DNA of 64,000 bases from Patescibacteria group bacterium (GCA_038063815.1 JBBTUJ010000002.1:6511-70510), one strand, 5' to 3'. Counted from the first letter of the stretch, positions 1-10,747 are shown. Notes: generated from the letters alone by a model not told the origin. Numbers and translations: made by a program.

Positions 1-1
1 C

Positions 2-103
2 GAGGTCATAAGTGAGGATGAGTATCTCGAAGTCACGCCCAAGAGCGTCCGGTTGCGTAAAAAATATTTGACCGAGAACGAGCGATCAAAAGCAAAGCGG
101 TAA
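2..103 (+). CDS. typA: C-terminal fragment of translational GTPase TypA/BipA (partial, starts before window)
   Basis: Frame from nt 2 reads EVISEDEYLEVTPKSVRLRKKYLTENERSKAKR*, matching the TypA C-terminal EVTPxxxRLRK motif. Confidence 0.85.
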   Translation, partial: EVISEDEYLEVTPKSVRLRKKYLTENERSKAKR

Positions 104-165
104 GGAGTATACAGGGCCTTTGTGTGTAACCTTCCTGGGGGATTTTTTCAGGGTACACTGGTTGT

Positions 166-1389
166 ATGCCTGAACCTCTCGCGGCACACATACGCCCCAA
201 AAACCTCGATGAGTTCGTGGGACAGAACCACCTTGTCGGAAAAGGAAAGCCGCTTCGTGTCGCGATAGAAAAGAAGCATCTCTTCTCATTCATCCTCTGG
301 GGACCTCCGGGGGTAGGAAAGACGACATTGGCGCGGATATATACGAGCGCTCTTCATGCGCGATTCTACGAGCTCTCGGCCGTCTCTGCGGGGAAGGATG
401 ACATCCGGAAGATCGTCGAAGAAGGGAGAGGAAAACTTGATTTCGAAAAGAAACCGAAGGTGCTATTCCTCGATGAGATTCACCGTTTCAATAAATCTCA
501 GCAGGATTTTTTGCTCCCGCACGTTGAGTCAGGGGAGTTGACATTGATTGGCGCAACGACGGAGAATCCGAGTTTTGAGGTTATTGCGCCTCTCTTATCG
601 CGCACGCGGGTCTTTGTCTTAAACGAACTCTCGGAAAAAGAGATGGAAGAGATCATCAAGCGGACGAAGATTTCTATTCCAAAAGATGCTTTAGAGTGGC
701 TTATTGCCGTTGCAAACGGTGACGCACGACAGGCGCTTTCTCTTCTTGACGTGACCTTGAAACTCTACGGAAAGGTCACGATAAAAAATCTGACTGAAGC
801 GCTCCAATCAACACACCTTCGCTACGACAAGAAAGGAGAAGAGCACTACAACACTATTTCGGCATTCATTAAATCGATGCGCGCAAGTCAACCGAACGCG
901 GCACTCTATTACCTTGCGCGGATGATACACGCGGGCGAAGACCCGAAGTTCATTGCGCGGAGGATGGTGATTTTTGCGAGTGAGGATATCGGCATCTCAC
1001 AACCAACAGCGCTTGTTGTCGCAAACGAAGTGTTTCGTGCGGTTGAAACGATCGGATATCCGGAGTGTTCGATCAATCTCGCGCACGGTGTCGTGTATTT
1101 GGCGAATGCACCGAAAGACAGGCGTGTGTATTACGCAATCGGAGCGGCGCTTGCGGATGCACAGAAGCACGGAAATCTACCGGTTCCGATGAGTATCCGG
1201 AATGCGTCAACCAATCTCATGAAAGATCTTGGATACGGTAAGGGATATGAGAAGTACACAGCAAAAGACCTGTTACCCGAGAAGATCAATGGCACCGTGT
1301 ATTTTCCTCCGAAGGCAGAGATTGTGCCCGAAGCCAAAAACGGTGCTTCGAGCCCTAAAAAACCCGAAAAAAGAAAGAAAAAAGCGTGA
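166..1389 (+). CDS. rarA: Replication-associated recombination protein A (RarA/MgsA AAA+ ATPase)
   Basis: GPPGVGKTT Walker A, LFLDEIHRFNKSQQD, GATTENPSF, HYNTISAFIKSMR, ASEDIG. Confidence 0.95.
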   Translation: MPEPLAAHIRPKNLDEFVGQNHLVGKGKPLRVAIEKKHLFSFILWGPPGVGKTTLARIYTSALHARFYELSAVSAGKDDIRKIVEEGRGKLDFEKKPKVLFLDEIHRFNKSQQDFLLPHVESGELTLIGATTENPSFEVIAPLLSRTRVFVLNELSEKEMEEIIKRTKISIPKDALEWLIAVANGDARQALSLLDVTLKLYGKVTIKNLTEALQSTHLRYDKKGEEHYNTISAFIKSMRASQPNAALYYLARMIHAGEDPKFIARRMVIFASEDIGISQPTALVVANEVFRAVETIGYPECSINLAHGVVYLANAPKDRRVYYAIGAALADAQKHGNLPVPMSIRNASTNLMKDLGYGKGYEKYTAKDLLPEKINGTVYFPPKAEIVPEAKNGASSPKKPEKRKKKA

Positions 1390-1402
1390 TACCATTACGT
1401 CA

Positions 1403-1897
1403 ATGCTTCGAAAATTTCATGAGTCCGATATCGTCAGGAACGTTGTTTTTGGCGTTGAAGATAGTTTGGTCTCAACCGTTGGCCTTGTCTCGGGTATCGC
1501 AAGTGCTGGGATTGCACGCGAAACGATTCTTATGACGGGTGTTGTTTTGGTTGTTGTTGAAGCGTTCTCAATGGCTGTTGGCGCGCTTCTCTCTGAGAAC
1601 GCCGTTGAAGAAGCGGAAGTCCATCGCGAGGTCTCGCTCAAAGGTTCCGTTGTTGGTGCACTAACCATGTTCTTGTCCTATCTTGTCGCGGGGACCCTTG
1701 TCATAATTCCGTATCTCATTGCCCCCACCGAAACCGCTTTTGTTGCGTCGGTTGTCATTTCTCTCCTCGCACTTTTTCTTTTGGGACTCGTATCAGCGGG
1801 AATATCAAAGATTCATCCGGTGAAGAAGGGAATCATGATGGTTCTCATCGGTGGATGTGCAATCGGCGTCGGTATTCTTGTTGGCCGCGCGTTTTAA
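1403..1897 (+). CDS. VIT1/CCC1 family Fe/Mn transporter
   Basis: RNVVFGVEDSLVSTVGLVSG and AFSMAVGALLSE motifs; start moved to ATG 1403 because the upstream extension overlaps rarA. Confidence 0.85.
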   Translation: MLRKFHESDIVRNVVFGVEDSLVSTVGLVSGIASAGIARETILMTGVVLVVVEAFSMAVGALLSENAVEEAEVHREVSLKGSVVGALTMFLSYLVAGTLVIIPYLIAPTETAFVASVVISLLALFLLGLVSAGISKIHPVKKGIMMVLIGGCAIGVGILVGRAF

Positions 1898-1924
1898 TGA
1901 GGTGGCGCATGATACAATAAAAAC

Positions 1925-2842
1925 ATGCGGCAACTTGTTTCTCTTATTTGCATCATAATCCTCATAAGTGCAGGCGCGCTTGCGTCCGGTTTTTACGTTG
2001 GAACAGGAATGGTGCGTACTGTGGCAGAAAAGATGACGGCCGCTGATGATGATCTCAAAGACCGACTCACACTTATTGAAGAAACATCTCTTCTTGTTGC
2101 AAATGACCTCCATGCGCTTCGTGAGGGTGTGGCACTCGAATCAGAGGCGAATGAGGCAGAGAACTCCGAAGCACGCGCGCTTCTTGACGCAAAACTCTCG
2201 GAGCTTGCGGGAACGCTTGGGGTGCAGGAAACCGCTCTCGGGGCACTCAAAACGGAGACAAACCTGACCGATCTCATTGCATATTGGGACCCTTTTGTGT
2301 ACGACCTTACGTGTAAGTTTAAAAATAATGATGGGAGTACCACTGAATCAAGTGGGTCCGCGGTTTTTGAAGAGACAACGAGTGGTATTCGTTTTGTGAC
2401 AAATAAACATGTTGTCGAAAAAGAGAAAGCGGTTCTCTTGTCGTGTGAGCTCAGTCGTCCGAACGCAAAGGCGTCTTTTCATGTAGAGGGAGACGAGGTT
2501 ACCCTGCGCGACGATGTGGATGTTGCATACGGACCTGTCAACAAGGCGACCCTTGGTCTGCCGTCCGTTAGGCGCTGTACCGAAGACCCAGCGATTGGAG
2601 ACAGGGTGGTGATGCTCGGATATCCGCAAATTGGTGCAAAAGAATCAGTTACGGCTACAGAAGGTATCATCTCAGGATTTGATGAGGACTACTACACGAC
2701 TTCTGCAAAGATTGAAAAGGGGAATTCGGGGGGCGCGGCGGTGCATGTAAAGAAAAACTGTTTTCTTGGGCTTCCGACCCTCGTGTTCGCGGGTCGTATT
2801 GAGTCACTTGCTCGCATTTTGCCTGTGTCAGAAATAGAGTAG
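1925..2842 (+). CDS. Membrane-anchored trypsin-like serine protease
   Basis: N-terminal TM and coiled coil, TNKHVV (His), DVA (Asp), GYP, GNSGG (Ser). Confidence 0.85.
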   Translation: MRQLVSLICIIILISAGALASGFYVGTGMVRTVAEKMTAADDDLKDRLTLIEETSLLVANDLHALREGVALESEANEAENSEARALLDAKLSELAGTLGVQETALGALKTETNLTDLIAYWDPFVYDLTCKFKNNDGSTTESSGSAVFEETTSGIRFVTNKHVVEKEKAVLLSCELSRPNAKASFHVEGDEVTLRDDVDVAYGPVNKATLGLPSVRRCTEDPAIGDRVVMLGYPQIGAKESVTATEGIISGFDEDYYTTSAKIEKGNSGGAAVHVKKNCFLGLPTLVFAGRIESLARILPVSEIE

Positions 2843-2883
2843 AATAGACGGGCAGGTCAATCAATTTTTAACTTATCTTTTAT

Positions 2884-3306
2884 ATGCCAAAAAAAACACT
2901 CATCACACTCATTACGCTCGTTGCTATTGTGATTGTCGTACTCGTGGGTATATTCGCGTGGTACAAGCTCTCTCGGAGCGCATTTGAACAGCAAAGCCCA
3001 ACTCTTTCTGAGACAGAAATCGCAGAGATTGTAGGTGCTGTCGGAAAACATATCCGCTTGCCTCAAGACGAAGAGCCACTTATTGCGACGATTGCAGACA
3101 TCGATGCACTGGTAGCAACGCAACCTTTTTACCAAGGTGCCAAAAATGGTGACATTCTTTTAATCTACCAGACGGTTGGGAAAGCAATCCTCTATAGTTC
3201 AAGCGACGACATTCTCATTAATGTGGGGCCTATCGTTCTTGACGAAGAGACAACAACACCTCCGCCTTCCGACGAGACGTCTACAGACGAAACGGTGGAA
3301 CAATAG
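2884..3306 (+). CDS. Hypothetical single-pass membrane protein
   Basis: N-terminal hydrophobic helix, globular middle, acidic tail. Confidence 0.7.
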   Translation: MPKKTLITLITLVAIVIVVLVGIFAWYKLSRSAFEQQSPTLSETEIAEIVGAVGKHIRLPQDEEPLIATIADIDALVATQPFYQGAKNGDILLIYQTVGKAILYSSSDDILINVGPIVLDEETTTPPPSDETSTDETVEQ

Positions 3307-3308
3307 GA

Positions 3309-3578
3309 CTACGACGAAATACCAAGAAGGGAACGCAAGTGTTCCTCATCAAATCCGATGATTATATCTTCGGGGGCACTCTGATTTGCGGCATCTGCGA
3401 CAACAATGACGGGTACGCCCATCTGTCCGCTCTTTTCAATCATGAGCTTTCTCTGCTCGAGGTCGCTTCCCACGTTGTGATCAGTAAATGCGATGTTATG
3501 TGCTGTAAAAAAATCCTTTGCCATGTGGCAGAAGTGGCATGTCGGCGTTGAGTAAACAGTGACTGTTTTTTGTGTCAT
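3309..3578 (-). CDS. Glutaredoxin/NrdH-like redoxin
   Basis: VYSTPTCHFCH CxxC, GQMGVPVI, IIGFD. Confidence 0.9.
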   Translation of the reverse strand: MTQKTVTVYSTPTCHFCHMAKDFFTAHNIAFTDHNVGSDLEQRKLMIEKSGQMGVPVIVVADAANQSAPEDIIIGFDEEHLRSLLGISS

Positions 3579-3639
3579 AGAGTTTCTATTTTACCAGTTA
3601 GCGATTCGGTCTCCAAGGTGATCGAACTTCCGTACTACT

Positions 3640-4797
3640 CTACTCTGTATCCACAAGAGAAAGGGCGACGGGGACAGCTGTTGCGACAATGCCTCCCAAG
3701 ATAAGGAAAAGAAGAGGTAGAGGGAGGAAAAGAAGGAGGAGAGATGAAAAAAGTGGTGCAATAACATATGCGGTTGGCTCAACCATCCGAAATGCACTGT
3801 CGAAGTCGGCCTCCTTCGGTTGGATGTGTTTAAAAAAGTATGTTTCGCTCATGACCTCGATTGTGGAAGCGCCAATGCGCGTTGCAAGGAGCGCAAGTGC
3901 CCACACAACAACCGAAGGGGTTGTGATGAAGGGAAGCACTGCTGTTGCGAGGGCAGTCACACAAAGACCGCCGACGAGCATTTCTTTTTCTCCAAACCGT
4001 TTATCGGCAAGACGTCCGAGCGGCCACTCAAGAACGGCAAACGGAATGAGCATGACGGTGAAAATAATACCGATCTTTCCCCACGCGATACCTTGGTAGA
4101 TGTGAAGATAGAGGGGCATGTAGATGACCATCCATGCGTAGAAGAAGCGAAGCGTGAAATCAATGTAGACGATGCGACGCAGAGCGAGACGCGCGAAGAG
4201 ACGCTTCACGGTGTTTCGAAAGTGAAAATGCGTGTAGCGAGGGTCTTTGAAATGTTTGAATGAGAGCGTAAGAAGTACTACGGCAGGGAGAAGCGCACAT
4301 AGTGAAAAGAGGTAGACACGGCCGTATTCTGTTCCGCTGCCAAGAAGGAACCCAACGACAAGCGGAGAAAGAACAAGAGCAACGCTCGCAACAGTAAGTG
4401 CAATGCCGCGGATAGAGCCCGTGGTGTTCTGTGTTGATGCGGTCTCAAGAAAGATATCGAGGTCTACCCACAAGAGGCGTGTGATGATTGTTTGAAGAAC
4501 AAAGAGAGGGATGATGAACCATGTGTTCAAGGTTATAACGAAAAGACCAGCGACGATGACTTCGGCGCACACAAAGATGAGGGAGGCACGCACATCGCCC
4601 ACGTCACGGAGTAAGCGTGGTGTATAGATGAGTGCCACGATTGCTGCGAGCGAAGCAAGCGCGTAGATAATCCCCACACCTCGCGCGCTCACAATATTCT
4701 CGAGAACGCTTGAGTTCACGTAGACAACAGAGAACGTGTGAAGCGCTATAAAAAAATTGAGAAGGTACGTGACGTGAAGGAGATGTCGCGGTCGCAT
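3640..4797 (-). CDS. MFS transporter
   Basis: About 12 hydrophobic segments, motif A GRLADKRFGEK. Confidence 0.85.
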   Translation of the reverse strand: MRPRHLLHVTYLLNFFIALHTFSVVYVNSSVLENIVSARGVGIIYALASLAAIVALIYTPRLLRDVGDVRASLIFVCAEVIVAGLFVITLNTWFIIPLFVLQTIITRLLWVDLDIFLETASTQNTTGSIRGIALTVASVALVLSPLVVGFLLGSGTEYGRVYLFSLCALLPAVVLLTLSFKHFKDPRYTHFHFRNTVKRLFARLALRRIVYIDFTLRFFYAWMVIYMPLYLHIYQGIAWGKIGIIFTVMLIPFAVLEWPLGRLADKRFGEKEMLVGGLCVTALATAVLPFITTPSVVVWALALLATRIGASTIEVMSETYFFKHIQPKEADFDSAFRMVEPTAYVIAPLFSSLLLLFLPLPLLFLILGGIVATAVPVALSLVDTE

Positions 4798-4805
4798 GTG
4801 CCTTA

Positions 4806-6914
4806 TTATACCCCTATCACCACAGGGATGACGATGGGGGATTTTCCTGTCTTCTGGAAGAGAAAACGTCGCACGTCGTCCGTCACGGTGTTCTTGACGA
4901 TGTCGAAGTTGATGGGATGCATGCCGTGTGCGGTTGACTCAACGACTTTCCCGACTAAGGCACGCGTCGCGTTGATGAGTTCCTGCTGTTCTTTGAGGTA
5001 GACGAATCCGCGGGAGATGATATCGGGTGATTTGCGGAGTTTACCTGTTTTTGGGTTAACTGAGATGACAATGACGCAGATACCATCAGCAGAAAGAGTT
5101 TGTCTATCACGAAGAACTACTTCCTGTTGGCCTCCGACGGAGAACCCGTCAACCATGATGTCATCCGATGGTGCTTTATCTTTTCGAACGCGGATTTTCG
5201 TTCCGTTGTCATAGATTTCGATGATTGATCCGTTGTCTGGTACGACGATGTTGTCTTTCGGTGTCCCTAATGATTGGGCGAGTTCGGAGTGGATCTTCAA
5301 CATGTAGTGGTGACCGTGGAGAGGCACAAAGAATCTGTACTTGATTTGTTGGTGAATCCACCCAAGTTCGTCGCGGTTTCCGTGGCCCGATGCGTGGACA
5401 GTTGTATCAAGATACGTAACAATCTTTGCGTCTTGCCTATAGAGATTGTCTTTGAGTTTCTGAACCGCCATCTCGTTTCCGGGAATGACCGATGAAGAAA
5501 AGAGAATAGTATCCGAGGGCGACAGGGTAATGTATTTGTGGCTCTTGCTCGAGATCCTGTCGAATCCCGCGAACTCTTCTCCTTGTGCTCCTGTTGTCAA
5601 AATGACGATTTTTTGAGGAGGGTGCTCGGTCATTTCTTCGATAGGAATGAGGTTGTCAACGGGCACAAGACCAAGTTGTTTTACGATTTCCAAGTTCGAT
5701 TTCATGCTCCTGCCGTCGATAATAACTTTTTTGTGGTACTTGTTCGCAATCTTGATTATTTCGATGATGCGTTCGACGTTTGAGGCGAACGTTCCGATGA
5801 TGAGCCGCCCAGCAACATCCTTCATAATCTGGTCAATGGTCTCTGTTGCGTGTGACTCGGGGATAGAAAATCCGGGCTTTTCGACTGACGTTGAGTCAAG
5901 TGTAAAGAGAAGGATTTCCTTGTTTTTGAAGAGCTCGTAGTGATCGATTTCTTTTTGTGTCACTTTTCCGCCAACGTGATCCACGCGGACATCTTCAACA
6001 AATGCAACGGTGCCAACCGGCGTCTCGATAAGGAGACCCATCGAATCAGGGATTGCGTGCGAGATAGCAAAAAAGGTGATGGAAAAATTCTTTCCGATCT
6101 GTATACGCTCGTCGCCTCGCACCGTTTTGATATCCAAGGGCTCGGAATTGGGAAATTCGCTTTGGCGTTTTTGAATCATGAGAGACCCGAATTCGCGAGA
6201 ATAAATCGGTGGGTTACCAATCGAGTCCATGACATACGGGATACCGCCGATATGGTCGAGGTGTCCGTGTGTGATGAAGAGCGCCTTCACTTTCTCTTTT
6301 CGCTCTTTGAGATAGGTGATGTCAGGAATAATGAAATCAACTCCTGGTGTCTCAACCTCGCCGAACTGGAGGCCTGCGTCAACGATGATAATCTCATCGC
6401 CGTATTCGATCGCAGTCATGTTCTTACCAATCTCCTCGACACCTCCTAATGGAATCATGCGAAGGACGCCCTCCTCTGGGGGTGGGATGTGGACGCCGTA
6501 CGTTGTCGGCATTGTTGTCTTCGGGTGTGGAATACGATCGCGTCTCTGAAAGCCGCCTCGGCCTCTTCCGCCCCCCCCACGCGATTTATCACCAGAAGGA
6601 CGTTTGGAATGCGTTGGATGTGCGTGGGGATGTCCCAACGGTCGGCTTGGTGGGCGACTCGATGGTCGCGCTTGCTGATGCGGCCGTGCTCCTCGATGAG
6701 GATGTTGGTGGGGTGTCGTGGTGTGGGGCGCGAGAGCGCTGAAGGTGCGTCTCCGCCGCATGCCGGTGTCTCCGGCAACCTGTCCGTTACTTTGTTGAGG
6801 CCTTGGTGTCGGTATGCTCTCGGGTGCACGAAGGACGCGGATGCGTGATCTCTGTTGACCGTCTGCGCCAATATTGCGACGGCCAAGCTGGTGGCGATGT
6901 GAATTGTCTATCAT
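4806..6914 (-). CDS. rnj: Ribonuclease J with long low-complexity N-terminal extension
   Basis: PLGGVEEIGKNM, THGHLDHIG, SHAIPDS, GAQGEE, HASGHG, SRGFVY. Confidence 0.95.
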   Translation of the reverse strand: MIDNSHRHQLGRRNIGADGQQRSRIRVLRAPESIPTPRPQQSNGQVAGDTGMRRRRTFSALAPHTTTPHQHPHRGARPHQQARPSSRPPSRPLGHPHAHPTHSKRPSGDKSRGGGGRGRGGFQRRDRIPHPKTTMPTTYGVHIPPPEEGVLRMIPLGGVEEIGKNMTAIEYGDEIIIVDAGLQFGEVETPGVDFIIPDITYLKERKEKVKALFITHGHLDHIGGIPYVMDSIGNPPIYSREFGSLMIQKRQSEFPNSEPLDIKTVRGDERIQIGKNFSITFFAISHAIPDSMGLLIETPVGTVAFVEDVRVDHVGGKVTQKEIDHYELFKNKEILLFTLDSTSVEKPGFSIPESHATETIDQIMKDVAGRLIIGTFASNVERIIEIIKIANKYHKKVIIDGRSMKSNLEIVKQLGLVPVDNLIPIEEMTEHPPQKIVILTTGAQGEEFAGFDRISSKSHKYITLSPSDTILFSSSVIPGNEMAVQKLKDNLYRQDAKIVTYLDTTVHASGHGNRDELGWIHQQIKYRFFVPLHGHHYMLKIHSELAQSLGTPKDNIVVPDNGSIIEIYDNGTKIRVRKDKAPSDDIMVDGFSVGGQQEVVLRDRQTLSADGICVIVISVNPKTGKLRKSPDIISRGFVYLKEQQELINATRALVGKVVESTAHGMHPINFDIVKNTVTDDVRRFLFQKTGKSPIVIPVVIGV

Positions 6915-6943
6915 TAACGATGCTTAATTGAGTAAGAAGTGCC

Positions 6944-8668
6944 TTAGTTGTTTTGAAATAGTGAAAGAATGCTTCGGGTCGCTTTGTGCCACGAATAGAC
7001 ATCCATAAAACGTTCACTTGCTTCATCCAGCGGTCCCGCAGAGATTCCTTTGAGGATTTTGGGAACGAGGTAGAGCATTTCCGGAGCGTACAGGAACACT
7101 GCCGGCATGTCGGATTCGATTTCTTCTGCAAGCGAGACGTAGAGTTCTTGCCGTTCGTTTGCGTCAAGGGTGGTCCGAATGTCCTCCAGTATAGCATCGG
7201 TCGTTATGTTTGCATAGAGGGCGATATTGAGGCCCGGGTCGTTTCTTTGTGAAGAATGCCAGAAGGGAAAAAGATCTCCGCCGCGTCCGATGACTTGTCC
7301 GAACAGGAGCGCGTCATATGCACGTGGGCGGATCACTTCTTGGTGGAGCGCTCCGATGTCGAAGAGTTCTATTGTGACCAGTACTCCCAAGTTCTCCCAC
7401 ATGCGCTTCAGAACCTCCGCGGTTCTCTTCAGCTCGGGCGTGTTCGCCGTTGAGAGTGTGAAGGAGAGCGGAGCGTCATCTTTCATAAAAATACCATCCT
7501 CTCCCATCTCCCAACCATCTTCTTCAAGAAGCGCACGTGCTTCCTTGAGGGTCCCTTTGACATGTTCTTTCGAAAAGTTTTCCAACGGCGGAATAACAGG
7601 GCCTGTCACGGGATTTCCGTAGCCATAGAGCACTTCCGTGATGAGTACGTCCGTATCAATAGAGGTTGAGAGTGCTTCACGAATAGTCGCATCGGTGAAA
7701 ATCTCTTTTTCATTTTGATTAAAGAAAACACCAAAGAGACGTGTCAGAGGATAACGGATAATGCGCACATCGTCCTCGAGATCGTGTCCGTATACAGGAT
7801 CGATTCCCTTGACGGTGTCGATGGTGTCACTGAGGAATGCCTCAAGGGCCGCTTCCTCAGTATCATATGTTTTGATACGGAGACCTTGAAGGCGCGGAGC
7901 ACCGAGTGTGAAATTGGTGAAGCGCGTGAGGGCATATTCAGTGGGGATTCCCGATGCGTCACGTGTTACACGGTCTACCTTGAACGGTCCTGATCCAACC
8001 GGTAGTGTATTCAGTCGATGTACTGGAAATGTTTCTGCTGTTGTGTTTTCCCACAAATAACGGGGGAGAATGCCCAATGTCGTGTTTTCCAAAAATGGTG
8101 TATATGGCCGAGGTAATGTAAAGACAACGGTGTGTGTATCTTCCGCCGCGACGGTGATGCCCTCCCATATATATTGAACAGCGCTTCCCATGAACGGATC
8201 TTGGGCGCGCGTGATTGTGAAAACGACATCTTCCGCTGTTACAGGTTGCCCATCGTGGAACGTGGCATCCTTTTTGAGTACGAATGTGTACACGGTGCCG
8301 TCATCTGACACGGTGTACTTCTCTGCCAAGTCCGGCACGAGAGTTCCTTCCGGTGTCGGCCGCATAAGGCCGGAATAGATAAGTGCGGACAAGTCCTTGT
8401 CGATATCCGACTGTGCGAGAAGTGGATTTATGAACCGCGGCGTTCCGACGATGCCTTCCGTGAGAGTGCCTCCCGATGCGGGCACAGTGACGGAGTATTC
8501 TTTCCAAAGGGTCCGAAGCATGATGCCCGTTGAGATGACGAGAACGAGTCCAAGTGTGGAGAGGAGTATCCGTTCAAGGAAAGAGAGACGCGAAAGTCCC
8601 TCGCGAAGCGCGCGAGTGCCGGGAAGTGTGGTCAAGCGTTGTAAATCAGGAGTGTTCACAAAAAACAA
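6944..8668 (-). CDS. Peptide ABC transporter substrate-binding protein (family 5), TM-anchored
   Basis: PRFINPLLA, PDLAE, FHDGQPVTAEDVVFT, PVGSGPF. Confidence 0.9.
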   Translation of the reverse strand: MFFVNTPDLQRLTTLPGTRALREGLSRLSFLERILLSTLGLVLVISTGIMLRTLWKEYSVTVPASGGTLTEGIVGTPRFINPLLAQSDIDKDLSALIYSGLMRPTPEGTLVPDLAEKYTVSDDGTVYTFVLKKDATFHDGQPVTAEDVVFTITRAQDPFMGSAVQYIWEGITVAAEDTHTVVFTLPRPYTPFLENTTLGILPRYLWENTTAETFPVHRLNTLPVGSGPFKVDRVTRDASGIPTEYALTRFTNFTLGAPRLQGLRIKTYDTEEAALEAFLSDTIDTVKGIDPVYGHDLEDDVRIIRYPLTRLFGVFFNQNEKEIFTDATIREALSTSIDTDVLITEVLYGYGNPVTGPVIPPLENFSKEHVKGTLKEARALLEEDGWEMGEDGIFMKDDAPLSFTLSTANTPELKRTAEVLKRMWENLGVLVTIELFDIGALHQEVIRPRAYDALLFGQVIGRGGDLFPFWHSSQRNDPGLNIALYANITTDAILEDIRTTLDANERQELYVSLAEEIESDMPAVFLYAPEMLYLVPKILKGISAGPLDEASERFMDVYSWHKATRSILSLFQNN

Positions 8669-8689
8669 TCCGAGGGAGCATTCTGCTTC

Positions 8690-8908
8690 CTACGAAAGAA
8701 GGGCTACAAGTGAAGTGATCACGTAGATAATCGCAACAACAATTGTTGCGATAAAAACGACTTTTTCAGGTCCACGGCGCGTTCGTGTGGGTCCTCCGTC
8801 ATCTCCGCCAAATGCCGCACCCATTCCTGCCTCGTTGTTCTGAAGTAGGATAAGGACGACGAGCACCAGAGAGATAATGATCTGAATGATTGAAAACATG
8901 TCTGTCAT
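8690..8908 (-). CDS. secG: Preprotein translocase subunit SecG
   Basis: ILLQxxxAGMGAAFGG...TRRGPEK, two TM helices. Confidence 0.9.
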   Translation of the reverse strand: MTDMFSIIQIIISLVLVVLILLQNNEAGMGAAFGGDDGGPTRTRRGPEKVVFIATIVVAIIYVITSLVALLS

Positions 8909-8973
8909 ACCGTTCCTTCATACTAACACAGGATACGTTTTCCTGTCTAATCCGAGGTATACTACATCAAACT

Positions 8974-10620
8974 ATGGCTCTTACGGATGATATCACGAAG
9001 ATCATTGAGGGTGACGTGTATGCAGATGAGAAAACACGGAACGTGTATTCTCGTGACACATCGCTGTTCAAGGTGATGCCATCTCTTGTTGTGTCACCAA
9101 AAAATACGCACGACATCAAGGTGCTTGTGGAATATGCGGGCACTCATCCGGGCGTAACTCTTACCGCGCGCTCGGGAGGAACAGGAATGGATGGAGGAGC
9201 ACTTTCCGAGTCCGTTGTTCTTGATTTCACAAAGTACTTCAAGACGATACATGGTTTTACAAAAGATACGGCGATACTTGATCCCGGTGCCTATTACCGT
9301 GACTTTGAGAAGGAGACAAAAAAACGGAATCTCCTCATGCCCTCATACCCGGCATCAAAGGAGATATGTACCGTGGGCGGAATGGTCGCGAACAACGCGG
9401 GTGGGGAACTGACGCTCTCGTATGGAAAGACAGCGCGCTATGTACGGGAACTCTCCATGGTTCTCTCTGACGGAAATGAATACGTGTTCCGCGCACTTTC
9501 ACATGAAGACCTCGAAAAAAAACTTCTCGAAGTGGGTTTTGAAGGTGATATATATCGCAAGATGTACACGCTCGTGACAGAGAACAAAGGAACGATCGAC
9601 CGTTTCCGACCGAAGGTCTCAAAGAATTCCGCGGGGTATGCTCTCTGGGATATCTATGACGAGAAGAAAAGGACATTCGATCTCACAAAACTCTTTGTTG
9701 GGTCTCAGGGAACGCTTGGTCTTGTGACGCGGATTACCTTCGATCTCATCCGTCCTCCGCGCTACTCACAAATGATCGTTCTTTTTCTTGACTCGTTTGA
9801 TCGATTGGGAGAGTTGGTAGAAAAAGTTCTTACGCATCGCCCCACAACATTTGAGTCGTATGATGACAAGACGCTTTCGCTTGCGGTTAGATTCTTCGGC
9901 GGGTTCATTCGTCGGCTTGGTCTTTTGAAAATACTCTCGATAGGTTTCCGTGACATCATTCCCGCGTTTTCCGTTCTTCTTCACGGATTTCCGAAACTTG
10001 TTCTCCAGATAACGTTTGACGGGGATGATTTTGAGGTGCTTCGTCGACGTACGTATGCGTGCGCCGTTGCGTGTAGGGAATACAATCCACGATTACTGCG
10101 TTTGACGACATCTTCCGCCGAAGTCGATGAGTATTGGATGGTGCGCCACGAGAGCTTCAATCTTTTGCGGACAAAAGTGAAAGGAAAACAAACAGCACCA
10201 TTTATTGACGATATCGTTGTTCCGCCCGACGTGCTGCCGGAGTTCTTGCCGAAGCTCTACGCGATACTTGATGAATACAAAGATGTGTTAGAGCACAATA
10301 TTGCGGGACATATCGGCAATGGTAACTTCCACATTATTCCTCTGATGAATCTGTCAGACCCGAAAGCGCGGGAAGCAATTCCTGTGATTGCGAGGCGTGT
10401 CTATGACCTCGTTTTCTCATATGGCGGTTCCGCGACGGGGGAACACAACGACGGCATCATCCGGACACCATTTCTTCGTCAGCAATTTGGGGATGAGATG
10501 TACCGACTTTTTGAAGAAACAAAAAAAATATTTGATCCAAAAAATATTTTTAATCCAGGCAAAAAGGTCAATGGGACGATGGAATATGCCGTCGCGCATA
10601 TCTCGGGGTACAACAAATAA
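8974..10620 (+). CDS. FAD-linked oxidoreductase (FAD_binding_4 plus FAD-oxidase C; GlcD/D-lactate dehydrogenase-like)
   Basis: RSGGTG, TVGGMVANNAGG, GSQGTLG, GHIGNGNFH, GEHNDG, FDPKNIFNPGK; start set at ATG 8974. Confidence 0.88.
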   Translation: MALTDDITKIIEGDVYADEKTRNVYSRDTSLFKVMPSLVVSPKNTHDIKVLVEYAGTHPGVTLTARSGGTGMDGGALSESVVLDFTKYFKTIHGFTKDTAILDPGAYYRDFEKETKKRNLLMPSYPASKEICTVGGMVANNAGGELTLSYGKTARYVRELSMVLSDGNEYVFRALSHEDLEKKLLEVGFEGDIYRKMYTLVTENKGTIDRFRPKVSKNSAGYALWDIYDEKKRTFDLTKLFVGSQGTLGLVTRITFDLIRPPRYSQMIVLFLDSFDRLGELVEKVLTHRPTTFESYDDKTLSLAVRFFGGFIRRLGLLKILSIGFRDIIPAFSVLLHGFPKLVLQITFDGDDFEVLRRRTYACAVACREYNPRLLRLTTSSAEVDEYWMVRHESFNLLRTKVKGKQTAPFIDDIVVPPDVLPEFLPKLYAILDEYKDVLEHNIAGHIGNGNFHIIPLMNLSDPKAREAIPVIARRVYDLVFSYGGSATGEHNDGIIRTPFLRQQFGDEMYRLFEETKKIFDPKNIFNPGKKVNGTMEYAVAHISGYNK

Positions 10621-10747
10621 AAAAATAGCGAAGTGTCAAGTATGCAAGAAGGGCCCGTTCGCGTACAATGGTGCCACTTCAAGGGGTATTTGTGGTTTCG
10701 AAACCACATCTCTTTTTATCCACAGCTAACACTTGTGCAAGGTTTTT

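Noticed and set aside
10620-10747. Possible CIRCE operator upstream of groES
   Set aside because: Only a weak half-site (CTAACACTT); no TTAGCACTC-N9-GAGTGCTAA inverted repeat
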